A stretch of DNA of 64,000 nucleotides from Mobula hypostoma. Lineage: Eukaryota. Shown here piece by piece: positions 13,215 through 24,499 of the stretch (positions are counted from its first letter, which is position 1; the number at the start of each line of letters is the position of its first letter). The notes below the pieces were generated by a model, which did no database searches, was not told the DNA's origin, and saw only the letters and a program-made list of their open reading frames with translations. Made by a program: the position numbers and the translations under genes. Location of the stretch: the NCBI RefSeq assembly GCF_963921235.1, contig NC_086108.1, forward strand, positions 17,670,001 through 17,734,000, given 5' to 3'.

Positions 13215-14280
13215 GCACAGGCTCAGTCCACTGGACACAGGGAGAATGTTTCCCCTGTCTAAGGAATTTGGAATTTGGGGCCACACTTTTAGAACAGAAG
13301 GTCATTCAGGACTGAAATGTGGAGGAATTTCTTCATGGGGTTGTTGGCAAGACTTGAGGGACTGAGTTATAGTGAGAGGTTGAGCAGGCTGGGTCTTTAT
13401 TCATTGGAGAATGAAGGATGATCTTATAGAGGGGTATACAATCATGAGGGGCATATGATGAATGCACTTAAGGTTGATAGACAGATCCCTCAAAGTTGCT
13501 GTGCAAGTTGATAGGGTTGTTAAGAAGGCACTTGGTGTGTCAAGGATTGAGTTCAAGAGCCATCAAGTAATGTTGCCACACTATAAAACCACAGTTAGAC
13601 CACACTTAAAATATTGTCCTCTGTTCTGGTCACCTCATTATAGTAAGGACGTGGAAGCTTCAGAGAGGGTATGGAGAAGATTTAGCAGGATACTGTCTGA
13701 ATTAGATAGCATGTCTTATGAGGCTAAGGTGAGTGAGCGAGGGCTTTTCTCTGTGGAATGAAAGAGGATGAGAGGTGACTTGATAGAGGTGTATAAGGTG
13801 ATAAGAGGTATAGATCAAGTGGATAGCCAGTGATTTTTTCCCCAGGGCTAATATCCGGGGGTATAATTTTAAGGTGATTGGAATAAAATATAGGGAGTAT
13901 GTCAGAGGTAAGTTTTTTTTAAACAAAGTGGTGAGTGCCCTTCCAGGGTGGTGCTAGAGGCAGATACATTAGGAGCATTTATGAAATTTTAGATGGACAC
14001 ATGGATGGTAGAGAAATGAAGGTTTCTATAGGAGGGAAAGGTTAGATTGATCTTAAAGCAGGTTAAAAGGTTGGCTGAAGGGGCTGTATGTGCTGTAATG
14101 TTCAATGTTCTATTTTCTAGAGGGCATAGGTCTAAGGTGAGAGGAGATAAATTGAATAGGAACCAGAGGGGTAACTTTTTCTCCTATGTGGAAAGTGCTG
14201 CCAGAAAAAAGTGGTTGAGTTAGGTACGTTAACAACATTTAAAAGAGCTTGCATAGATAGGAAAGGTTTGGAGGGATACA
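13215..14280 (+). mobile_element. Cluster of nested degenerate CR1 3' fragments
   Basis: VRPHLKYC..FWSPHY and MRGDLIEVYK. Confidence 0.85.
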
Positions 14281-15140
14281 GACAGATAGATACTTTATTG
14301 ATTCCTAAGGAAATTACAGTGTCACAGTAGCATTACAAGTCCACAGATATAAATATTAGAAGAGATATAGAAAAAATAAAAAATAAGTTATTACAAACAG
14401 TCTAACAGGAGGAGGTCATCACTTCCCTGGCTATAGGTTGGCTCATTATAGAGCCTAATGGCCAAGGGTAAGAGTGACCTCATATATAGTTCTTTGCAGC
14501 AGCACAGTTGTCTTAGCCTCTTACTAAAAGTGCTCCTCTGTTAAGCCAAGGTGGCATGCAGAGGGTGAGAAACATTATCCAGAATTGCTAGGATTTTCCC
14601 TATGGTCCTTTGTTCTACCACAGCCTCTAGTGTGTCCAGTTTGACTCCAATAACACAGCCAACCCTTCTAATCAGTTTACTGAGCCTGTTGGCATCCCCC
14701 ATATTGATGCCATTGCATAGAAGATTGCACTGGCGATAACAGACTGGTAGAACATGTGAAGGAGAAGCCTGCATACTCTAAAGGACCTCAGTCTCCTCAG
14801 GAAGTAGAGGCGACTCTGGCCCTTCTTGCACACAGCCTCTGTTTTGGTGCTCCACACAAGTCTGTCATCCAGGTGCACCTCAGTTACTTGCAGGTCCTCT
14901 CCACATCCACATTCTCACCATCAATAGTAACAGGGAGCAATGCAGGGTTAGTCTTCCTAAAGTTCATCACCTTCTCCTTTGTCTTACTGATTTTGAGCTG
15001 CAGATGATTCAGCTTGCACCATTTGACAAAATCCTCCACAAGGGCCCTGTATTCATCCTTCCATACTTTATACACCCAACTATTCCTGAGTCATCAGAGA
15101 ATTTTTGCAGATGACATGACTCAGTGTTGTATCTAAAGTC
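14281..15140 (-). mobile_element. Rex1/Babar-type LINE fragment
   Basis: EYRALVEDFVKWC..NHLQL..SKTKE and KKGQSRLYFLRRLRSF; (TATC)n-like tail. Confidence 0.88.
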
Positions 15141-15250
15141 CAAACATATGGGCTAAACAAAGGAAATCTGATCTAACTTGGAAACATAGAAGCAGAGAAA
15201 ACCTACAGCACCATACAGGCCCTTCGGCCCACAATGTTGTGCTGAACAGA

Positions 15251-16298
15251 GAAACATAGAAAACCTACAGCACAATACAGGCCCTTTAGCCCACACTGCT
15301 GTGCCGAACATGTACTTACTTTATCCTCTACCTCACTCTATTCCTATATTCACTGTCGCGTGGTACAGGCAATAATCCCGAGATTACGGTCTTTGAGGTC
15401 CTGCTTCTCAACTTCCTTCCTAATTCCCTGTGGTCTGTTTTCAGGACCTCTTCCCTTTTCCTACCTATGTCGTTGGTATCAATATGTATCATGACCTCTG
15501 GCTGTTCACCTTCCCACTTCAGGATGTCATGGATGTGATCAGAAGTATCACAGACCATATCCAGCTGGCAGCTGGGAGGCAAATACCATCCACGTTTCTT
15601 TCCTGCGTCCACAGAATCACCTGTCTGACCCCCTAACTATAAAGACTCCTATCACTGCTGACATCCTCTTCCTTTCCCTACCCTTCTGAGCCACAAACCC
15701 AGACTCTACGCCAAAGGCGTAGCCACTGTTGCTTCCCCAGATAGGTGTCCCCCCCAAAAGTATGCCAACAAGAGAAGTTATTGTTAAGGGAGACAGCCAC
15801 AGGGGTACTCTTCAGTATCTAACTCTTGCCCTTCCCTCTCCTGACTGTACCCACTTATCTGTCTCTCAAGGCCCTGGTGTGACTACTTGTATATAGCTCC
15901 TCTCTATCACCTCCTCACTCTCTCTGACCAGACAAAGGTCATCGAGCTGTATCTCCAGTTCCCTAACCCAGTCCCTAAGGAGCTGAAGCTTGGCAGACCT
16001 GGTGCAGATATGGCCATCCGGGAGGAGGATGGGAGTCTCCTGGACATCCCACGTCTGACACTCAGTACAGAACACCAGCCTCACTGACATACTTCCTATT
16101 CCTATTCTTCACAAGTAACTTACCTTCCCTGGACCCAATATCACCTTAGCCCCGTTGAGCCAAAGCCCTCCTACTCTGACTCCCTCTACTCCATCATTCA
16201 CTCTTCCGACGCCAGCTCTATAAAGCTATCTTCTTTTTATACTCTTCCCGCCAGTCTAACTCGCTGACGTCCACGTGCCTGCACAATTGTTCCTCGAT
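15251..16298 (-). mobile_element. Internally deleted CR1: 5' UTR plus ORF1 joined directly to a 3' tail
   Basis: CxxC...CxxS zinc finger and zipper (15866-16090) and esterase segment (15328-15612) abut the CR1 3' terminal sequence at about 15322. Confidence 0.75.
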
Positions 16299-16878
16299 CT
16301 TTAGAAATTACCTAGGGTTACCCATAGCTCTCTATTTTTCTAAGATCCATGTCCCTATCCATGAGCCTTTTAAAATAGCCTTCACCACAGTCGCCGGCAG
16401 CCCATTCCACACAGTCCCCACTCTGCATAAAAATCCTACCCCTGATATCTCCACTGTACCTACTTCCAAGCACTTTAAAACTGTGCCCTTTTGTGTTAGC
16501 CATTCCAGCCCCGAGAAAAAGCCTCTGACTATCCACACGATAAATGCCTCTCATCATCTAATAGACCTCTATCAGGTCACCTCTTATCCTCCACTGCTCC
16601 AAGGAGAAAAGGCCAAGTTCACTCAACTTATTCTCATAAGGCATGCTCCCCAATCCAGGCAACATCCTCGTAAATCTCCTCTGCACCCTTTCTATGGTTT
16701 CCACATCCTTCCTATAGTGAGGCGACCAGAACTGAGCACAGTACTCCAAGTGGGGTCTGACCAGGGTCCGATATAGGAGGAGGGGGAGGGGACAGAGTGA
16801 CATAGGGATAGGGGAAGGGAGGGGGAGGGAATTACCAGAAGTTGGAGAATTCTATGTTCATACCAAGGGGCTGGAGAC

Positions 16879-16977
16879 CGCACTAATCCCAACCTCACCA
16901 TCAAACCCACTCGCACTAATCCCAACCTCACCATCAAACCCACTCGCACTAATCCCAACCTCATCATCAAACCCACT
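16879..16977. repeat. 33-bp minisatellite, three copies
   Basis: cgcactaatcccaacctcaccatcaaacccact repeated head to tail with one substitution. Confidence 0.97.
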
Positions 16978-17254
16978 CTCCAACTTCCGGTAATTCCCTC
17001 CCTCTCCCTTCCTCTATCCCTATGTCACTCTGTCCCCTCCCCGAGCTGCCTACCACCTCCCTCTTGGTTCCGCCTCCTACTACCCATTGTATTTTCCCCT
17101 ATTCTTTCTTCACCTTTCCTGCCTATCACCTCCCTGCTTCCCTTCCCCCACCCCTTTATCTTCCCTCTTACTGGTTTTTCACCTGGAACCTACCAGCCTT
17201 CTCCTTCCCACCCTCCCCCCACCTTCTTTATAGGGCCTCTGCCCCTTCCCTCTT

Positions 17255-17292
17255 CAGTTCTGACGAAGGGTTCCGGCCCGAAACATCAACCG
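17255..17292 (+). ncRNA. Minimal type I hammerhead ribozyme motif (Penelope-associated)
   Basis: cagtt-CTGACGA-a-gggt/tccg/gccc-GAAA-catc-aaccg: core boxes, stem II, AUC site and stem I with one mismatch. Confidence 0.7.
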
Positions 17293-18871
17293 ATCTTTTC
17301 CACGGATACTGCCCGACCTGTTGAGTTCCTCCAGCATGTTGTGAGTGTTGCTTTGACCCCAGCATCTGCAGATTATTTTGTGTTTCCGATATAGCTGTAA
17401 CATTGCCGTTCGGCTCTTGAATTCTCTCCCACAGTTGATGAAGAAAAATGCACTATATGCCTTCTTAACCACAGAGTCAACCTGTGCAGCAGTTTGAGTG
17501 TCCTATGGACACGGAACCAAGATCCCTCTGATTCTACACACTTCCAGGAGTCTTACCGTTAATAGTATATTCTGCCATCATATTTTACCTACCAAAATGA
17601 ACCACCTCACACTTATCTGGGTTGACCTCCATCTGCCACTTCTTAGCCTAGTTTTGCATCCTATCAATGTCCTGCTGTAACCTCTGACAGCTCTCCACAC
17701 TATCCACAACACCCCCAAACTTTGTCATCAGCAAATTTACTAACCCATCCCTCCACTTCCTCATCCAGGTCATCTATAAAAATCACGAAGAGTGAAGTTC
17801 CCATAACAGGTCCCTAAGGCACGCCACAGTTCACTGAACTCCATGCAGAATATAACCTGTCTTCAGCCACTCTTTGCCAATTCTGGATCCACAAAGCAAT
17901 GTCCCTTTGGATCCCATGCCTCCGTACTTTCTCAATAAGCCTTGCATGGGGCACCTTGTTAAATGCCTTGCTGGAATTCATATACACTACATCTTCTGCT
18001 CTACTTTCATCAATGTGTTTAGTCACATCCTCAAAAAATTTAATCAGGCTCATAAGGCACGACCTGCCTTTGACAAAGCCATGCTGGCTATTCCTAATCA
18101 TATTATGCCTCTCCAAATGTTTATGACTCATGCCTCTCAGGATCTTCTCCATCAAATTGCCAACCACTGAAGAAAGACTCACAGGTCTATAATTTCCTGG
18201 GCTATCTCTACTCCCTTTCTTGAATATGGGAACAATATCAGCAACCATCCAATCCTCCAGAACTTGTCCCGTCCCCACTGATGATGCAAAAATCATTGGC
18301 AGAGGCTTAGCAATCTCCTCCTTCACCTCCCATAGTAGCCTGGGATATATCTCATTCGATCCCAGTGATTTATTCAACCTGATGCTTTCTAAAATCTCCA
18401 GCACATCTTCTTTCTGAATGTCTATATGCTGAAGTTTTTCAGTCTGCTGCAAGTCATCGCTACAATCGCCAAAGTCCTTTTCTCTAGTGAATTCTAAAGC
18501 AAAGTATTCATTAAGTACCTCCGCTGCCTCCTCCGGTTCCATACAGACTTTTCCACTGTCTCACTTGACAAGTCCTATTCTCTCACGGCTTACCATCTTG
18601 TTCTTCACATACTTGTAGAATGCCTTGGGGTTTTCCTTAATCCTGCTTGCCAAGACCTTCTCATGGTCCCTTCTGGCTCTCCTAATTTCATTCTTAAGCT
18701 CCGTCCTGTTGGCCTAACAATTTTCTGGATCTCTATCGTTACCTAGTTTTTCAAACCTTTCAAAAGCTTTTCGCTTCTTCTTGACTAGATTTTCTACAGC
18801 CTTTGTACACCATGGTTCCTATACCCTACCATCCTTTCCCTGTCTCATTGGAACGTACCTATGCAGAACAT

Positions 18872-19288
18872 AGAATAGTACAGCACAGTACAGGCCCTTC
18901 AGCCCACAATGTTGTGCTGACCCTCAAACCCTGCCTCCCATATAAGCCCCCACCTTAAATTCCTCCATATACCTGTCTAGTAGTCTCTTAAACTTCACCA
19001 GTGTATCTGCCTCCACCACTGACTCAGGCAGCGCATTCCATGCACCAACCACTCTCTGAGTAAAAAACCTTCCTCTAATATCCCTCTTGAACTTCCCACC
19101 CCTTACCTTAAAGCCATGTCCTCTTGTATTGAGCAGTGGTGCCCTGGGGAAGAGGCGCTGGCTATCCACTCTATCTATTCCTCTTATTATCCTGTACACT
19201 TCTATCATGTCTCCTCTCATCCTCCTTCTCTCCAAAGAGTAAAGTCCTAACTCCTTTAATCTCTGATCATAATGCATACTCTCTAAAC
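18872..19288 (-). mobile_element. CR1 3' fragment (second family) with TSD
   Basis: Open RT C-terminal frame 18924-19277. CAGAACAT at 18864-18871 and 19289-19296. Confidence 0.9.
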
Positions 19289-19802
19289 CAGAACATCACG
19301 CAAATATCCCGAATATTTGCCACATTCCTGCCATGCATTTCTCTGAGAACATCTGCTCCCAATTTATGCTTCCAAGTTCCTGCCTGATAAATTCATATTT
19401 CCCCTTACTCCAATTAAACATTTTCCTGACTTGTCCGCTCCTATCCCTCTCCAATGCTATGGTAAAGGAGATAGAATTGTAATCATCATCTCCAAAATGC
19501 TCTCCCACTGAGAGACCTTAAAATAGACATATCTCAAATCATTGGTCTGAGTGCATCCCTTCTCTATCACCTGCCTATCATGCCTCTCACACCGCCTACA
19601 AGCTTTCTCTATTTATGAGCCAACTGCTCCTTCCTCCATCTTTTCAGTTTGGTTCCCACCCCCCATCAATTCTAGTTTAAACTTTCCCCAATAACCTCAG
19701 CAAACCTCCCTGCCAGGATATTGGTCCCATTCGGATTGGTGCAACCCATCCTTATTGTGAAGGTCACATCTGCCCCAAAAGAGGCCCCATTGATCAAGAT
19801 AT

Positions 19803-22800
19803 TGTTGAAGGACAGGACATCCAGGGTTGCAATCTCAGGATTGCTACCCGTGCCACGTGCTAGTGAGGCTAGAAATAGGAAGATAATGCAGCTAAGTATG
19901 TAGCTAAGTTGTTGGTGCAGGAGAGAGGGCTTCATGTTTCTGGACAATTGGGACTTGTTCCAGGGAAGGTGAGACCTGTTCCAATGGGACGGGTTGCACC
20001 TGAACTGGAGGGGGACTATCATCCTTGCGGGAAAGTTTGCTAGTGCTGCTCCAGAGGGGTTTAAACTAGATTTGTAGGGGGAGGGGAACCAGAGTGTTAG
20101 AGCAGATTGTGAGGTGGAGGAGGATAAAGGTCATGCGAGAACTGCAAGTATAGTGCATGGAGTAAAACCAGATCTGACATATAAAGAGGCCTTGAGGAAA
20201 GAGTAACAGAATAAAGGATGTAAAGGTAGTAAGGTAGTAAGGTAGAAGGGCTAAGGTGCGTGTACTTCAATGCAAGAAGCATCAGGAACAAAGGTGATGA
20301 ACTGAGAGCTTAGATACATACATAGAATTTTGAATTATAATACATGGCCATTACAGAGACTTGGCTGGCACCAGGGCAGAAATGGATTCTCAATATTATT
20401 GGATTTCATTGCATTAAAAGGGATAGAGAGGGGGGCGGGAAGGCGGGGAGGGGTGGCATTACTGGTCAGGGATACTATTACAGCTACAGAAAGGGTGGGT
20501 AATGTAGCAGGATCCTCTTTTGAGTCAGTATGGGTAGAAGTCAGGAACAGGAAGGGAGCAGTTACTCTACTGGGAGTATTTTATAAGCCCCCTGGCAGCA
20601 GCAGAGATACTGAGGAGCAGATTGGGAGGCAGATTTTGGAACGGTGCAAAAATAACAGGGTTGTTATCATGGGTGACTTTAACTTCCCTAATATTGATTG
20701 GCACCTGATTAGTTCCAATGGTTTAGACGGGGCAGAGTTTGTTAAGTGTGTCCAGGACGGATTCCTGTCACAGTATGTTGACAGGCCGACGAGGGGGAAT
20801 GCCATACTAGATCTAGTATTAGGTAACGTACCGGGTCAGGTCACAGATCTCTCAGTGGGTGAGCATCTGGGGGACAGTGACCACTGCTCCCTGGCCTTTA
20901 ACATTATCATGGAAAAGGAATGAATCAGAGAGGACAGGAAAATTTTTAATTATGAGGCTAAAAGCCTAGAACTTGCGGGTGTGAATTGGGTTGATGTTTT
21001 TGCAGGGAAATGTACTATGGACATGTGGTCGATGTTTAGGGGTCTCTTGCGGGATGTTAGGGATAAATTTATCCCGGTGAGGAAGATAAAGAATGGCAGG
21101 GTGAAGGAACCATGGGTGACCAGTGAGGTGGAGAATCTAGTCAGGTGGAAGAAGGCAGCATACATGAGGTTTAAGAAGCAAGGATCAGATGGGTCTATTG
21201 AGGAATATAGGGTAGCAAGAAAGGAGCTTAAGAAGGGACTAAGGAGAGCAAGAAGGGGGCATGAGAATGCCTTGGCGAGTAGAGTAAAGGAAAACCCCAA
21301 GGCGTTCTTCATTTACGTGAAGAACAAAAGGATGACAGGAGTGAAGATAGGACCAATTAGAGATAAAGGTGGGAAGATGTGCCTGGAGGCTGTGGAAGTG
21401 AGCGAGGTCCTCAATGAATACTTCTCTTTGGTATTCATCAATGAGAGGGAACTTGATGAAGGTGAGGACAATACAAGTGAGGTTGATGTTCTGGAGCATG
21501 TTGATATTAAGGGAGAGAAGGTGTTGGAGTTGTTAAAATACACTAGGACGGATAAGTCCCCAGGGCCTGATGGAATATTCCCCAGGCTGATCCAAGAGGC
21601 GAGGGAAGAGATTGCGGAGCCTCTGGCTAGGATCTTTATGTCCTTGTTGTCCATGGGAATGGTACCGGAGGATTGGAGGGAGGCAAATGTTGTCCCCTTG
21701 TTCAAAAAAGGTAGCAGGGTAATTATAGACCAGTGAGCTTTACGTCTGTGGTGGGAAAGCTGTTGGAAAAGATTCTTAGAGATAGGAGCTATGGGCATTT
21801 AGAGAATCATGGTCTGATCAGGGACAGTCAGCATGGCTTTGTGAAGGGCAGATCATGTCTAACAAGCCTGATAGAGTTCTTTGAGGAGGTGACCAGTCAT
21901 ATAGATGAGGGTAGTGCAGTGGATGTGACCTACATGGATTTTAGTAAGGCATTTGATAAGGTTCCACACGGTAGGCTTATTCAGAAAGTCAGAAGGCATG
22001 GGATCCAGGTAAGTTTGGCCAGGTGGATTCAGAATTAGCTTGCCTGCAGAAAGCAGAGGGTTGTGGTGGAGGAAGTACATTCGGATTGGAGGGTTGTGAC
22101 TAGTGGTGTACCACAAGCATCGGTTCTGGGACCTCTATTTTTCGTGATTTTTATTAACGACCTGGATGTGGGGGTAGAAGGGTGGTTTGGCAAGTTTGCA
22201 GACGACACAAAGGTTGGTGGTGTTGTGGATTGTGTAGAGGATTGTCGAAGATTGCAGAGAGACATTGATAGGATGCAAAAGTGGGCTAAGAAGTGGCAGA
22301 TGGAGTTCAACCCGGAGAAGTGTGAGGTGGTACATTTTGGAAGGACAAACTCCAAGGCAGAGTACAAAGTAAATGGCAGGAATCTTGGTAGTGTGGAGGA
22401 GCAGAGGTGATCTGGGGGTACATGTTCAAGGATCCCTGAAAGTTGCCTCACAGGTAGATAGCGTAGTTAAGAAAGCTTACGTAGTGTTAGCTTTCATAAG
22501 TCAAGGGATAGAGTTTAAGAGTCACGGGGTAATGATGCAGCTCTATAAAACTCTAGTTCGGCCACACTTGGAGTACTGTGTCCAGTTCTGGTCGCCTCAC
22601 TATAAGAAGGATGTGGAAGCATTGGGAAGGGTACAGAGATTTACCAGGATGCAGCCTGGTTTAGAGAGTATGCATTATGATCAGAGATTAAGGGAGCAAA
22701 GGCTTTACTCTTTGGAAAGAAGGAGGATGAGAAGACACATGATAGAGGTATACAAGATATTAAGAGAAATAGATAGAGTGGATAGCCAGTGCCTCTTCCC

Positions 22801-23082
22801 CAGAGCTCCACTGCTCAATACAAGAGGATATGGCTTTAAGGTAAGGGGTGGTAAGTTCAAGGGGTATATTAGAGGAAGGTTTTTTACTCAGAGAGTGGTT
22901 GATGCGTGGAATGCACTGCCTGAGACAGTGGTGGAGGCAGATACACTAGTGAAATTTAAGAGACTAGTAGACAGGTATATGGAGGAATTTAAGGTGGGGG
23001 TTATATGGGAGGCAGGGTTTAAGGGCTGGCACAACATTGTGGGCTGAAGTGCCTGTACTGTGCTGTACTATGTTCTATGTTC
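19803..23082 (+). mobile_element. Near-full-length CR1 (end of ORF1, EN, RT) with few disruptions
   Basis: SGLLPVPRA esterase; YFNARSI, MGDFNFP and SDH endonuclease motifs; DFSKAFDKVPH, PQASVLGP and KFADD RT motifs; (TTCTATG)n tail. Confidence 0.95.
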
Positions 23083-24499
23083 TATATCTGAACCCCTGCC
23101 CCCTGCTCCAATCACTCAGCCACGCATTGATCCACCACCTTATTCTATTCCTTTACTTGCTGTCATGTGGTACAGGCAGTAATTCCAAGATTACTATCCT
23201 TCTGTCCTGCTTCTCAGTTTCTTTCCTAACTCCCTGTAGTCTGTTTTCAGGACCTCCTCCCTTTTCCTGCCCATGTTGTTGGTACCAATATGTTACGCAA
23301 CCTCTGGCTGTTTACCTTCCCACTTCAGGATATCGTGGACGCGATCAGAAACATCCTGGACCCTGGCACCTGGGAGGCAAACTACCATCCGTGTAAACTA
23401 CCAAACTTTGATGGGCATTTTGATCGGTATTGGCCAGTTTGGCCGAAGGGCTTTTTTCTGTGTTGTATAGTCATTGGGTGGCATTGTAGATGTATGGTAA
23501 CTATGGTATACTCTTAGTGCATTGGGATCCTTTGAATGAAGGATATGAATGAAGTTGTTTATGCTGACAACCATTAGCTATGTCTAACCAACCCTTTTGC
23601 CTTCACAAAAGCTGCCAACCCACCGAGTTCCTCCAGCAATTTGCGGTTTTTGGCACAAACTGATTTTCTTTACCACATGAATTTCTCCCTTCCCTTTAGA
23701 AAACAATAAATGGATTAACTGTGGGCGGAGAGAGCTCTAATTGCTGAAGGTTAGTTTGTGTAATTAAAGTGCAGCAGTAGTTCAGTAACTCTCTTTGCAT
23801 TCCCATTTTATATAATGCTTTGCCGATATACTTTATGAATGAAAGACAGCATTCAAGTACAAGAAAATAAATTCCATCACAAATGACTACAAATTAATTG
23901 GCTTCTAGTTGTCTCAGTGTCCTGCACACAGGTAAATTCTGTGAGTATGCAAAACATCAGGACAGGGTCTGACCTGAAATATCAACCATCCCTTTCCTTC
24001 CAATAATACTGCCTACCTAACCTACTGAACTCGTCCAGCAGTTCGCCTGTTGCTCCAGATTCTAACATCTCAAGCCTCTTGTGTCTCCTGATTTTGTGTC
24101 TGAAGCCCGCTATAAACTCAATGAAATAGCTCTCATTACCTCAGCTTGTTACAAACCCAAGGACTTATAGTAATGTGCTACACACAGAACTACGTTTGTA
24201 GAAATAACAACACGCAGTCTGTAAGTTGCACTTAAGACTAGTTTATTCAAACTTCACAGCACTGGCTTTTACGCAGTTTCGTTCTCGCCCTTTCCGGGCG
24301 GAGATGACATCAGAGGTGCATTACAAAAGTCTCTTCCTGCGCGCGGGCTTTCTCCCCTTGCTGGTGAAGAAGGCCCAGCGCCATTTTGGGGCTGGCCTCT
24401 CTGCCGACGCACACGCCATTTTGTGAGCTGGTTCGCCTGTGTAACCCCACTCCCCCCCCCCCAGAACTGGCGATACACCCCCCAATGCCCACAGTCTGG

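Larger units (their letters stand above)
16777..17384 (+). mobile_element. Penelope-derived insertion with an inverted 5' arm and a 10-bp TSD
   Basis: TCCGATATAG at 16767-16776 and 17385-17394. Arms at about 16782-16848 and 16977-17042 are reverse complements. Penelope-type tail. Confidence 0.85.
15181..23395 (-). mobile_element. Large CR1 host split by at least four younger insertions
   Basis: Collinear CR1 pieces at 15181-15250, 16299-16776, 17385-18871, 19289-19802 and 23083-23395 (3' UTR, RT, EN with deletion, esterase). Confidence 0.85.

Noticed and set aside
16879..16977. CRISPR-like 33-bp repeats
   Set aside because: No spacers, no cas genes, eukaryotic context; it is a head-to-tail minisatellite.
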